Assembly (NCBI GenBank): GCA_016214605.1
Contig: JACROD010000030.1
Span: 1 to 28,581 of the forward strand
DNA length: 28,581 nucleotides
Direction: 5' to 3'
DNA from: Candidatus Kaiserbacteria bacterium
GTDB taxonomy: Bacteria; Patescibacteriota; Minisyncoccia; Phycocordibacterales; UBA2100
Of the stretch, positions 1 through 8,660 are shown piece by piece (the stretch's first letter is position 1; each line of letters opens with the position of its first letter). The position numbers and the translations under genes were made by a program. The notes under the pieces are model-generated. The model made no database searches and was not told the origin of the DNA. It was given only the letters and a program-made list of their open reading frames with translations.

Positions 1-185
1 CGAAATCCTACAGATATTGAGCGTGTCGCTATTCGACAAAAACGGCTTGGTTGAGCTATTTTCCGAGCGCAAGCTACAAAACAACGTCAAGGGTTTTGAA
101 AATATGGCTTCGTTGTTTGATTTTTAACGGGACACGAGTGCTATTTTATAATGAGGCCGAGACAGAAGGCGGTTTTTGGGCGTTT

Positions 186-605
186 ATGGAAGAACGATAC
201 GTCCAACGAAATGTCCCGACCGGATATTGCAAGAAATGTGGAAAGTGGCTCGGACCCCAAGAGGGAAATGTCCGAATCATACGTCTCTATGAGATCGATG
301 AAAACTTTCGCCGGACAGGGAAGTTGACCGAACGGCCTGATTGTCCGGATGGTGCTCATGAAGAAGGCGTGGGCGATTCGATCGGTTATCAAGGTCTCCA
401 TCTCTTGCAAAACGGCCATCATCTCACTATCTACCGGAGAGGCAAGCCGCTTCGCTTCGTATGGTCCGGGATCATAGAGTTGGTCGAATATCCCGCCGAT
501 GCCGTCCATAAGCCGGGTTTCTTGATACAGAGCGGCGTCGATCCGCAGGAATGGAAAAGATGGTTCGACGAAAGATATCCTGCGACGCTGACTATTGTAG
601 AGTAG
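186..605 (+). CDS. hypothetical protein with CxxC motif. The ORF track starts it at 51 from a TTG; the first ATG is at 186
   Basis: Open frame 51..605. The codon-position-1 G bias fits the + frame. A rho-independent terminator follows at 628-667 on the same strand. TATAAT at 147-152 and a weak AGAAGG lie upstream of ATG 186. No recognisable family. Confidence 0.4.
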   Translation: MEERYVQRNVPTGYCKKCGKWLGPQEGNVRIIRLYEIDENFRRTGKLTERPDCPDGAHEEGVGDSIGYQGLHLLQNGHHLTIYRRGKPLRFVWSGIIELVEYPADAVHKPGFLIQSGVDPQEWKRWFDERYPATLTIVE

Positions 606-627
606 TTGGATAATGCCTTGTTTGGGG

Positions 628-667
628 GCCCGGAAAATGCTGCGCATTTTCCGGGCTGGTTTTTATT
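628..667 (+). terminator. rho-independent terminator: 13-bp stem gcccggaaaatgc/gcattttccgggc, 3-nt loop, then a T-run
   Basis: Perfect inverted repeat read directly from the sequence, followed by tggttttta. Confidence 0.6.
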
Positions 668-691
668 GCCAAAATAGGGTATCATGGTGTT

Positions 692-1708
692 ATGTCCGTT
701 TCGGACAACACCCATACAGTAGGGCTCTGGCCCGTCATAGCGGCACTCGGCGGCAACACGATAGTAACCGTCTTCAAATTCACCGCGGCGATCACTTCCG
801 GGTCGAGTGCGATGTTTTCCGAGGCGATACACAGTGTCGCGGATACTTCCAATCAGGTCTTGCTCTTGATCGGCCTCAAGCGTTCGCGCAAAAAGGCCGA
901 TGAAGATTTTGGATACGGATACGGGCTCGAGCGCTTTTTCTGGGCGCTGCTTTCGGCATGCGGCGTCTTTTTTGTCGGCGCAGGGGTGACCATATCGCAC
1001 GGCATAGGATCGCTCTTGGAACCGCATCCGATCGAAATACAGATGTCGGTCTTTGTGGTGCTTTTCGTGTCGCTCGTCGTCGAGTCTTGGACGCTTTTCT
1101 TGGCAGTGCGCTCGCTTGAGCGCATGTTTCCCGACCACACATGGCGCGAGCGCATGGCTATCGCCGACCCGACCACGCTTGCTGTATGTCTCGAGGATGG
1201 CGTGGCCGTGATCGGAGTGATCTTGGCGGCCGCGAGTATCGGCCTTTCGTACTATACGCGAAACCCTCTTTGGGATGCGATAGGGTCGCTCTTGATCGGT
1301 CTGATGCTGGCCGGGGTCGCTACCACTTTGATCATGCGCAACAAATCATACCTCTTGGGGCGTGCTATTCCCGAAGATCTCAAGGAAGAGATCATTGCAT
1401 CCATGAAAACCGATCCAGCAATTGAGAAGGTTATCGATTTTAAATCATCGGTCCTCGATATCGGCGTGTATCGCATCAAGTGCGAAGTCGAGATGACCGG
1501 TTCGGCATTGCTCAAGGAGATATACAAACATAACTCCCTCAAGGAGGAATACGAGGAAGTGCACAATGACTTTGAAGAATTCAAGAAATTTTGCGTCGGC
1601 TATAGCAATCGTATTCCTCGCATGATCGGCAAGCATATCGACAAACTCGAAGCTCGGCTGAGGAAAGAATTCCCTGCAGTGCGCCACATCGATATCGAGA
1701 TCAATTAA
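692..1708 (+). CDS. cation diffusion facilitator (CDF) family divalent-metal efflux transporter (CzcD/FieF-like) with a C-terminal cytoplasmic domain
   Basis: N-terminal TM helices with the typical CDF signature (FSEAIHSVADT..., HGIGSLLEPH). 338 aa. TATCAT lies 6 nt before the ATG. Confidence 0.85.
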   Translation: MSVSDNTHTVGLWPVIAALGGNTIVTVFKFTAAITSGSSAMFSEAIHSVADTSNQVLLLIGLKRSRKKADEDFGYGYGLERFFWALLSACGVFFVGAGVTISHGIGSLLEPHPIEIQMSVFVVLFVSLVVESWTLFLAVRSLERMFPDHTWRERMAIADPTTLAVCLEDGVAVIGVILAAASIGLSYYTRNPLWDAIGSLLIGLMLAGVATTLIMRNKSYLLGRAIPEDLKEEIIASMKTDPAIEKVIDFKSSVLDIGVYRIKCEVEMTGSALLKEIYKHNSLKEEYEEVHNDFEEFKKFCVGYSNRIPRMIGKHIDKLEARLRKEFPAVRHIDIEIN

Positions 1709-1722
1709 GGAGGCTCCTGCAC

Positions 1723-2844
1723 CTAGCGGCCCAGACCGCGCAGTGCGAGCCCTACCGCCACCGCAAAGCGCGGTCCGTCTTCGCGCAGGGCGTGTTCGAG
1801 TATTATGGGGCCTTTGGTGCGGTCAAAAGCGCGGATCAGCTCGACCGGCAGTGAGAGCTTGCTCGCTACGAGCTCGACGATTCCGGGCATATACGAGCCG
1901 CCGCCCGCAAGGAAGACGCGTTCGATCGGCTTGGATTCGCGTTTCTTTTGCTCCTCAAACATCTGCTCTACGTATGTCCAAATCGGCGCGAGCGCGGGCT
2001 CGATGACAGTGCGCACCTCACTTCCCGCCGAGAGGCCGTGCTCGCATTTGACGCGTTCGGCCACGAGCGAGTCGAGTGATCGCGCCTTTCCGATCTCTTG
2101 GGTGAGCGAGGCTCCTCCGACCGGGATCACACGTGCATCGACGGGGACGCGATGCTCGTTGAGGATGTATGCTTTGGTGGATGACGCGCCGAGATCCAAG
2201 AGAAGTGCCGGAGTCTCGGTGGTATGTATGCATGCGCGCGCTGCACTAAACATTTCTATCTCGAAAAAAGCCGGAGTGAGCCGGGAGTCTTTCGCGATCT
2301 GTCCGAGTCGGTAGGCACTGTCGTTGTTGACGGCCACGACGATCACTTTTTGAAAATGCGCCTCGGTTTGTTTGTTGGGGACGAGCACGTCAAACACACT
2401 CGATTCTTCTTCCTTGACCGGATACCAGTCGATCATGAGCTTGTCGACCGAGATCGGGATGAATTTTTGTACTTCGGATGGGACGAGACGAAGCATTTGT
2501 TCGGGGTCTCTTTTGGGCAGGTCGATCACATTGATGAAGGACTCTGAGAGGGGGACTGCTACGCCGCAGCGGCGCGATTGAGCGTCGACCTCGTGCAAGA
2601 GGTCCGAGAGCTCGGCGCTCCGGATAGCGGGATTGGCGTCCGAGGTCTTGCCCGGATCTTGGCCCACGTCGTAGGGGGTATTGCTGATCTCACCATATGT
2701 CTCGAGGACGATGTCATTGTCGATCATCGACAATTGGACGATTTTGATCGAGGACGAGCCGATATCGACGCCGACGAAGCTTCCGGTGTAGGGGATGACG
2801 TCACTGATCTTTTTTATGATCTTGGAAACAGTGTGAGTGTCCAT
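1723..2844 (-). CDS. pilM: type IV pilus assembly ATPase-fold protein PilM-like (actin/FtsA superfamily)
   Basis: FVGVDIGSSSIKIVQL N-terminal motif and overall FtsA/PilM-like layout. Start taken at the internal ATG (MDTHTVSK), because TATATT lies 6 nt upstream. The ORF-track extension to 2949 runs through the divergent promoter region. Confidence 0.7.
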   Translation of the reverse strand: MDTHTVSKIIKKISDVIPYTGSFVGVDIGSSSIKIVQLSMIDNDIVLETYGEISNTPYDVGQDPGKTSDANPAIRSAELSDLLHEVDAQSRRCGVAVPLSESFINVIDLPKRDPEQMLRLVPSEVQKFIPISVDKLMIDWYPVKEEESSVFDVLVPNKQTEAHFQKVIVVAVNNDSAYRLGQIAKDSRLTPAFFEIEMFSAARACIHTTETPALLLDLGASSTKAYILNEHRVPVDARVIPVGGASLTQEIGKARSLDSLVAERVKCEHGLSAGSEVRTVIEPALAPIWTYVEQMFEEQKKRESKPIERVFLAGGGSYMPGIVELVASKLSLPVELIRAFDRTKGPIILEHALREDGPRFAVAVGLALRGLGR

Positions 2845-2889
2845 CCAGGAAATATAGCATGATAAATGTTCGCGTTGTATAATTCGCGC
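2845..2889. promoter_or_regulatory. divergent promoter region. Minus strand: TATATT -10 for the pilM-like gene. Plus strand: TATAAT (2878-2883) for the glycosyltransferase. Each sits 6 nt from its ATG.
   Basis: Hexamers read directly. The spacing pattern recurs across the window. Confidence 0.4.
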
Positions 2890-4059
2890 ATGAATGTGCT
2901 CATGGTTACGAGCGATGCGAGCGCCCTCATCGACGGGAGCGCCGCTCAATCAATGCTCCGAGAGCAGGCGACTCTGACCAATCGCCTGATGGTCGTCGTC
3001 ATGAACGGATACGGCACGCACGCGTCGCCGCGCAAGGTATCCGACAATCTATGGATTTTCCCGACGAATTCGTGGATCCCTTTTTTGAAAATACTTGATG
3101 TGTTGTATATCGTGAAGCGCGAATTCTTCTTCCAAAAGCGCCTACAGGCCGATATCGTTGTTGCCAACGATCCAGGTAGTGCGGGTATTGCGGGATATCT
3201 GCTCGCTGCACGGTACAAGAAGCCGCTGCATGTGCACCTCGAACACGACCTCGTCTCTTTGTCATATCTCCGATTCTCTATTTTGGGCGCCTTTCGTACG
3301 GTCTTTGCGAGAATCGTGGCGGGGCAGGCGACCACGGTGAGCGTGGGCCAAGCACAGACAAAAGCCGCCATGGTCCGGATGGATCCGCGCTTTGCCGATC
3401 GCACCACGGTCATACCGCGTTACATCGATACCAAAGCGCTCCAGAGCGAGGAAGCCGTCCCGGCCGACGATCTCCACCTCAAATACACTGACTTCCGCGC
3501 GATCATGCTCGTCGTGGCTCCGTTGACCCACGAGCACAACGTACAGTTGGCGATACGATCGTTGGCTCAAGTCTCCAAATTCTACCGGCACATCGGTCTG
3601 GTGATCGTCGGCAACGGCCCCCTCAAGCTACCGCTCAAGTGGCTTGCCTGGAGACTCAAAGTGGCCGACAAGGTGATCTTTGAAAGCATGCGCGAGGATC
3701 TCACTTCGTACTACAAGAGCGCACATTTGCTCATGGTGCCGTCGCGTCACGAAGAGTATGGGACGATCATCGAAGATGCCGCCGCTACGGGGTGCGCGAT
3801 TGTGACCTCTCCGGTCGGTATCGCGCCCGCTCTCATCGAACACACGAAGAATGGTTTCCTCTGCGATCCAAAGGTGCCTTCAGAATTTTGGAACGCGGCG
3901 GATGCCCTGATCCGCAATTGGCGTTTGTGGGACGAGGTCAAGAAAAATATCCTCATCTCCGTGGAGACATACATGCACCAGGACAAGTCCGAGCACCTCG
4001 CCCTCTACAAGGCGTCGTGGGAAAGCGCTATTCGTCTCGCGCGCGGCGTACAGATCTAA
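2890..4059 (+). CDS. glycosyltransferase family 1 (GT4-like, GT-B fold)
   Basis: C-terminal EEYGTIIEDAAATGCAIVTSPVGIAPALIEHTKNGFLCDP matches the GT1 EX7E nucleotide-sugar binding region. N-terminus MNVLMVTSD is typical. Start moved to ATG 2890. Confidence 0.8.
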   Translation: MNVLMVTSDASALIDGSAAQSMLREQATLTNRLMVVVMNGYGTHASPRKVSDNLWIFPTNSWIPFLKILDVLYIVKREFFFQKRLQADIVVANDPGSAGIAGYLLAARYKKPLHVHLEHDLVSLSYLRFSILGAFRTVFARIVAGQATTVSVGQAQTKAAMVRMDPRFADRTTVIPRYIDTKALQSEEAVPADDLHLKYTDFRAIMLVVAPLTHEHNVQLAIRSLAQVSKFYRHIGLVIVGNGPLKLPLKWLAWRLKVADKVIFESMREDLTSYYKSAHLLMVPSRHEEYGTIIEDAAATGCAIVTSPVGIAPALIEHTKNGFLCDPKVPSEFWNAADALIRNWRLWDEVKKNILISVETYMHQDKSEHLALYKASWESAIRLARGVQI

Positions 4060-4071
4060 TCTTCCAAAGGA

Positions 4072-4467
4072 CTAGATCCAGGCTTCAATGAGGGCGTCCA
4101 TGGTGCCGCGATAAAAGAGCACGGTGCCGGTCACGAGTGCGGTCGCATAGAGCGCCCACATGGTGTATTCGAGCCATGCAGGTGTGTACCAGAAAGCGAG
4201 CGCCGCAAGTGAGACAAAGAAGAGGATCGACGACGCGAGATGGATATGAAAGAGGTGTCCGCGGTGCGTGCGAAAACCCATCCGGACGCGCAGCTTGATG
4301 AGGAGTATCAGGATGATAAAAGTATAAAAAGCAAGCTGGTAAAAGTACGTCTCCAATGCGCCGGTATGGATCATGCCATTAATGACGAAGCTGGTCGCGA
4401 AAGCAAGGATGATCCCCGTGACGGCGCTCAGGCGCATGTAGAGGGTCTTTTTTGAGGGGGACATAGG
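4072..4467 (-). CDS. hypothetical integral membrane protein (about 4 TM)
   Basis: Hydrophobic helices. Start at MSPSKK, with TATAGT 6 nt upstream. The track's longer N-terminus was not used. Confidence 0.45.
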   Translation of the reverse strand, partial: PMSPSKKTLYMRLSAVTGIILAFATSFVINGMIHTGALETYFYQLAFYTFIILILLIKLRVRMGFRTHRGHLFHIHLASSILFFVSLAALAFWYTPAWLEYTMWALYATALVTGTVLFYRGTMDALIEAWI

Positions 4468-4554
4468 GAGACTATACAACGATACCGGCGATTGACGCAT
4501 CCCGTGGGCGCGTGTACAGTTTGCCGCAGAAATTGACTCGGATTGAAGAGGAAA

Positions 4555-5025
4555 ATGGACATGCAGGACTCTCACATCCTACTGCCGCTCCTGGAACTCG
4601 CGGCCGCGCTTGCGGCAGGGATACTCGTCATCAGCTTCGTTTTGACCTATTTGTATGGACAGGAGACGGCGCGGACGCGACGGATCTTCAGAGCGACGTA
4701 TTCGGGATTCGACGAGTGTCAGTATCAAGACGCCTATGATCGACATCGTTTCTATCGGTGGATGTATCTTGGATCGTTCACTGTCGCGATTCTTGTGATT
4801 GAATCCATGGTGCGTATTGCGGGGGTATCGTTTGAGTTTACGCCGCTCAAAGTAGCGCACTATACCCTTGATGGGATCTATTGCATTTTACTCGGACTGA
4901 CTCTCTGGTACAACGGATTTAGAAGCGAATTCCATGGGAAATTCGCGTACTGGCTCGCGGTGTCCGGTATTGGTGTGCTGACGACCGGCCTGTATCTTTA
5001 TGTCGACTTTATTTTGAAGCACTGA
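4555..5025 (+). CDS. hypothetical integral membrane protein (about 4 TM)
   Basis: GAGGAAA SD lies 3-4 nt before ATG (MDMQDSH). Hydrophobic profile. Followed by a terminator. Confidence 0.5.
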   Translation: MDMQDSHILLPLLELAAALAAGILVISFVLTYLYGQETARTRRIFRATYSGFDECQYQDAYDRHRFYRWMYLGSFTVAILVIESMVRIAGVSFEFTPLKVAHYTLDGIYCILLGLTLWYNGFRSEFHGKFAYWLAVSGIGVLTTGLYLYVDFILKH

Positions 5026-5029
5026 ATAA

Positions 5030-5070
5030 GCGCGCCGACCCTTCCAGGGTCGGCGCGCAACTCTTTTTCC
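5030..5070 (+). terminator. rho-independent terminator: stem gcgcgccgaccc/gggtcggcgcgc, loop ttcca, T-runs downstream
   Basis: Perfect 12-bp inverted repeat followed by ctctttttcc...gttttt. Confidence 0.6.
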
Positions 5071-5167
5071 GCGCGTTTTTATCCGAATCAATTCCTATTT
5101 CCAAGCTTTTTTGGCCTACCCCGTGAGAAATTTCAAGAAATTTCTTTTACGGGGTATGATACGCCGC

Positions 5168-6772
5168 ATGACTCAAGCCGAAGCTGTCGCGATCCTCAAG
5201 ACCGGAGCCAATGTATTTCTCACCGGTGAGCCGGGTGCTGGCAAGACACATACGATCAATACGTTTGTCAGGTGGCTCCGCGAGTGCAGTATCGAGCCCT
5301 CCATCACCGCCTCGACCGGTATTGCGGCCACGCATATCGGCGGCATGACCATCCACTCATGGAGCGGCATCGGTATTCGCAACACGCTCAATGATTATGA
5401 CCTCGACCAGATCACGCAAAACGAGCGCGTGGTCAAGCGTGTGCGCGGCACACACACACTCATCATCGACGAGATCTCGATGCTCTCTGCGACCACATTT
5501 ACCATGGTCGATCGGGTGTGTCGCGCGATCCGCCACAGTGAAGACCCTTTCGGTGGGTTGCAGGTCGTGCTGGTGGGGGATTTTTTCCAGCTCCCGCCGA
5601 TCCAGCGATATGAGGCGGTGCGTCCCGATCAGGGAGAGCTTTTTATCGACGAAGATGACGAAGACACCTCGGTATTCGCCTGCGGATCGCGCGCATGGCG
5701 CACACTCAATCCGATCGTCTGCTATCTCTCCGAGCAGCACCGCCAAGAAGACGCGGGCTTTCTTGAGGTCCTCTCCGCGATCCGCAGCGGTGCAGTATCG
5801 AGTGAGCACAAAGCTCTCCTCGAGACACGCCGCGTCGAGGCCAAGAGCGTCGATATCACCCACCTCTATTCGCACAATGCCGACGTCGATCGGATCAACG
5901 ATATCGAGCTCGGCAAGATCAAAGGCGAAGCACACAATTTCCTCATGACCTCGACGGGAAGTATGGGATTGACCGCATCTCTCAAGCGCGGATGCCTCTC
6001 ACCGGAGACCTTGAATCTCAAGGTCGGCGCACGCGTCATGTGTACCAAGAATGATCTCAATGGCAAGTATGTAAACGGCACCATCGGCACGGTGAAGGGA
6101 TTTGTCAAAGAGAGCGGATTTCCGATCGTCGAGACCAAGGATAAGCGGACACTCGTGATCGATCCGGTCGAATGGGCGGTTCAGGATGGCGGCAAGGTGC
6201 TCGCCAAGATTGTGCAGGTGCCGCTGCGCCTCGCCTGGGCGATCACCGTGCACAAGAGTCAGGGTATGTCGCTCGACGCCGCGCATATGGATCTCTCCAG
6301 TGCTTTTGAATACGGCCAGGGCTATGTGGCGATCTCGCGCGTGCGTACGCTCGCCGGCCTTTCACTCGGCGGGATCAATGCCAAGGCGCTGCAGGTGCAC
6401 CCCGAGATCAGCGAAAAAGACGTCGAGTTTCGCGCTGCCTCGGAGCGCGCGCAAGCGATATTTGCGGCGATGAGCGCGGATGATCTCACCAAGCTCCAAG
6501 AGAATTTTGTCCGCGCCTGCGGCGGCCATATTGCCACCAAGACAGAGCTCAAAGTGCGCGCCAAAGAAAAAGAACAGAAGGGTGCCAAACTCGCCGAGAT
6601 CCGTGAAAAATTCCCCAACGCCTACCGCCCCTGGACGGAGGCTGAAGACGCCGATCTGATCGCACGATTCAACAGCGACGAAAAGCAATCCCATATAGCC
6701 GCGAAACTGGGCCGTAAACCGGGCGCGATCCATATGCGCCTGGTCAAGCTGGGGCTCATCATGGAGGAATAA
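5168..6772 (+). CDS. Pif1-family SF1B ATP-dependent DNA helicase with a C-terminal extension of about 110 aa that contains a Myb/SANT-like helix-turn-helix
   Basis: Walker A GEPGAGKTH. Pif1 signature PFGGLQVVLVGDFFQLPPI. Motif VHKSQGMSLD. C-terminus PWTEAEDADLIARF...IAAKLGRKPGAIHMRL resembles a Myb repeat. Start at MTQAEA, because TATGAT lies 7 nt upstream. Confidence 0.85.
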   Translation: MTQAEAVAILKTGANVFLTGEPGAGKTHTINTFVRWLRECSIEPSITASTGIAATHIGGMTIHSWSGIGIRNTLNDYDLDQITQNERVVKRVRGTHTLIIDEISMLSATTFTMVDRVCRAIRHSEDPFGGLQVVLVGDFFQLPPIQRYEAVRPDQGELFIDEDDEDTSVFACGSRAWRTLNPIVCYLSEQHRQEDAGFLEVLSAIRSGAVSSEHKALLETRRVEAKSVDITHLYSHNADVDRINDIELGKIKGEAHNFLMTSTGSMGLTASLKRGCLSPETLNLKVGARVMCTKNDLNGKYVNGTIGTVKGFVKESGFPIVETKDKRTLVIDPVEWAVQDGGKVLAKIVQVPLRLAWAITVHKSQGMSLDAAHMDLSSAFEYGQGYVAISRVRTLAGLSLGGINAKALQVHPEISEKDVEFRAASERAQAIFAAMSADDLTKLQENFVRACGGHIATKTELKVRAKEKEQKGAKLAEIREKFPNAYRPWTEAEDADLIARFNSDEKQSHIAAKLGRKPGAIHMRLVKLGLIMEE

Positions 6773-6823
6773 AAAAGAAAGCCGCCCGCGGAAAGCAATG
6801 AGCTTCCCGTGAGCGGATAAATG

Positions 6824-7108
6824 TTATTCCCAAGAAGAATCTTTCTTCAGATATGAGAATGATGGCACTTCAGCATACACAGTGATGAGTTTGTCGCGGA
6901 GATGATGGACGACCTCCACAACGGTTCCGGATGTCCAATATGCGCCACCCTCCGGCCACTCTCCATCTAGTCCTAATTTATGTCCGATTCCTGGAACACA
7001 CGAGTGCTCAAAATTGCGCGCGAGCGTTTTGCCGGTGTGGTTGCCGTCGTCGTCGACTTCTCTGGCTACGACACGGAACCGTACTGCCATTTCGACGTAA
7101 AGACCCAT
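6824..7108 (-). CDS. hypothetical small protein (about 94 aa)
   Basis: GGGAGG SD lies 5 nt before ATG (MGLYVEMAV). GC3-rich frame. No family recognised. Confidence 0.5.
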   Translation of the reverse strand: MGLYVEMAVRFRVVAREVDDDGNHTGKTLARNFEHSCVPGIGHKLGLDGEWPEGGAYWTSGTVVEVVHHLRDKLITVYAEVPSFSYLKKDSSWE

Positions 7109-7208
7109 CGTATCCTCCCTGAGTAAAGTTCTAATAGAGAGAATAACATGTAAATTACGTATCGTCAAATAACTAGATTTTCAGCCAAAATGTGTTATTA
7201 TGATCCTT

Positions 7209-8201
7209 ATGTTAATCGATGAGATCATGGTGACCCTCACGGGTGGGCATGGCGGCAAGGGCGCTGTGGCTTGGAACAACATCAAGCTTCACCGCGGTCC
7301 GGTGGGGGGCGATGGCGCGCGCGGTGCCTCGATCTATTTTGAAGGCGTCGGTGATATCGGTATGCTGTCTCAATTCCAGAGTATGAAGGACGTTCACGGC
7401 AAAGACGGAGAAAATGGTAAGGGCCAGTGGCGCGATGGTGCCAATCCCGACCATCTCATCCTTAAGGTACCGACCGGTACGATCGCGACCAATGTAGAGA
7501 CGGGCAAAGTGATCGAGATCACCAAGATCGGACAGCGCGAGCTCATGGTCGCCGGAGGCTTGGGCGGATGGGGAAATTTCAAGTATAAATCATCGACCAA
7601 TCAGTCGCCGCTGCAGTCCCAGCCGGGCCTACCCGGCGACACGGCGACCCTTCGACTTGACCTCAAGCTCATCGCCGATGTCGGTCTCATCGGCTTGCCC
7701 AATGCCGGAAAATCGAGCCTCTTAAACGCGCTCACTTCGGCAAAGGCCAAAGTCGGCGCATACCAATTCACGACACTCGAGCCAAACCTCGGGTCGTACT
7801 ACGGTCTCATCATCGCCGACATCCCGGGGCTCATCGAGGGTGCTTCCGATGGTCGCGGACTCGGGGTCAAATTCCTCAAGCATATCGAGCGCACCGGCTC
7901 ACTCATGCACCTCGTCTCTGCCGAATCCGACGATGTGGTAGGCGATTACAAGACCATCCGCGCGGAACTCAAGAAATACAACAAATCACTGACGGAGAAA
8001 GACGAATATGTGTTTCTCACCAAGAGCGACACAGTCGATGCAAAGACGCTCGAGACCCAGCTCAAGGCGCTCAAAAAGGCAAAGATAAAAGCGACGCCGA
8101 TATCGGTCTACGATGACGAGAGTCTCAAACACGTCCAAAAGGTCCTCAATGAGATCAGTGAAGGGAAGCGAGTAGTGACGGAGGCTGTCTCAGTAAAATA
8201 A
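7209..8201 (+). CDS. obg: GTPase Obg/CgtA
   Basis: N-terminal Obg fold (MLIDEIMVTLTGGHGGKG, glycine-rich). G-domain G1 GLIGLPNAGKSSLLNA plus DIPGLIEGA. TATTAT lies 7 nt upstream of ATG 7209. Confidence 0.9.
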   Translation: MLIDEIMVTLTGGHGGKGAVAWNNIKLHRGPVGGDGARGASIYFEGVGDIGMLSQFQSMKDVHGKDGENGKGQWRDGANPDHLILKVPTGTIATNVETGKVIEITKIGQRELMVAGGLGGWGNFKYKSSTNQSPLQSQPGLPGDTATLRLDLKLIADVGLIGLPNAGKSSLLNALTSAKAKVGAYQFTTLEPNLGSYYGLIIADIPGLIEGASDGRGLGVKFLKHIERTGSLMHLVSAESDDVVGDYKTIRAELKKYNKSLTEKDEYVFLTKSDTVDAKTLETQLKALKKAKIKATPISVYDDESLKHVQKVLNEISEGKRVVTEAVSVK

Positions 8202-8230
8202 CGTTTCGGATACATATATATACATACATA

Positions 8231-8270
8231 TGCTCCTGTAATTCTCGCAATTGCGAGAATTACAGGAGCA
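8231..8270. repeat. perfect 40-bp palindrome tgctcctgtaattctcgcaa/ttgcgagaattacaggagca
   Basis: Exact reverse-complement symmetry read from the sequence. It lies 30 nt after the obg stop and opens a low-GC islet. The right arm contains an AGGAG 6 nt before a 5-codon mini-ORF ATG. Confidence 0.9.
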
Positions 8271-8364
8271 ACTCATGCCAAAAAAGCAGTGAGGTGTTTG
8301 CGTGCGTGGTCAAAATATGGTTTAATAACGGTCGCGAACACATGTAAAAAACGGGAGATCGTTC

Positions 8365-8637
8365 ATGGTGCATTGTGTGGACTTGACCATGCAAAAAAGA
8401 GACGAAATAAAACGTCTTTTTAATGCCTATAAATTAAACCTATTCCAAGATAATCGAGCCATGTATTTATGTCGCATTGCACTGCTGAACGATGCTGGAT
8501 ATCTCGATAGGAAACAGCGGCGTGAATTGGCGGTCAAGTTATTTCAGTATGGTTCCGAAGAGGCTGCATGGCTCAAGAAATTTGCGTCGGATGAATACGA
8601 ATACATCACCAGTGCACATACGGTGCTACAGAAGTAA
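8365..8637 (+). CDS. hypothetical small protein (90 aa) encoded in a low-GC (about 40%) islet
   Basis: GGGAGA SD lies 7 nt before the ATG. AT-rich codon usage, atypical for the window. The stop codon sits in the loop of the terminator hairpin. Confidence 0.5.
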   Translation: MVHCVDLTMQKRDEIKRLFNAYKLNLFQDNRAMYLCRIALLNDAGYLDRKQRRELAVKLFQYGSEEAAWLKKFASDEYEYITSAHTVLQK

Positions 8638-8660
8638 TTCTGTAGCACCTCTTTATTTTT
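8622..8660 (+). terminator. rho-independent terminator: stem ggtgctacaga/tctgtagcacc, loop agtaat, then tctttattttt
   Basis: 11-bp perfect inverted repeat plus T-run. It directly abuts the trxB stop on the other strand. Confidence 0.6.

Noticed and set aside
141-647. Minus-strand 168-aa ORF as an alternative to the + ORF 186..605
   Set aside because: The perfect terminator hairpin at 628-667 is oriented for a + strand transcript and would sit inside this ORF's N-terminus. Codon-position G bias also favours the + frame. Not fully excluded.
431-1176. Minus-strand ORFs 431..1138, 853..1176 and 876..1142 antisense to the CDF transporter
   Set aside because: They overlap a well-supported + strand CDF gene along its whole length. 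The proteins are Arg/Pro-rich and low-complexity, typical of antisense frames in GC3-rich genes.
6773-6823. Possible terminator between the convergent helicase gene and the small ORF at 6824
   Set aside because: Only an imperfect hairpin (ccgcggaaagc...gcttcccgtgagcgg) with no clean U-run. Too weak to call.
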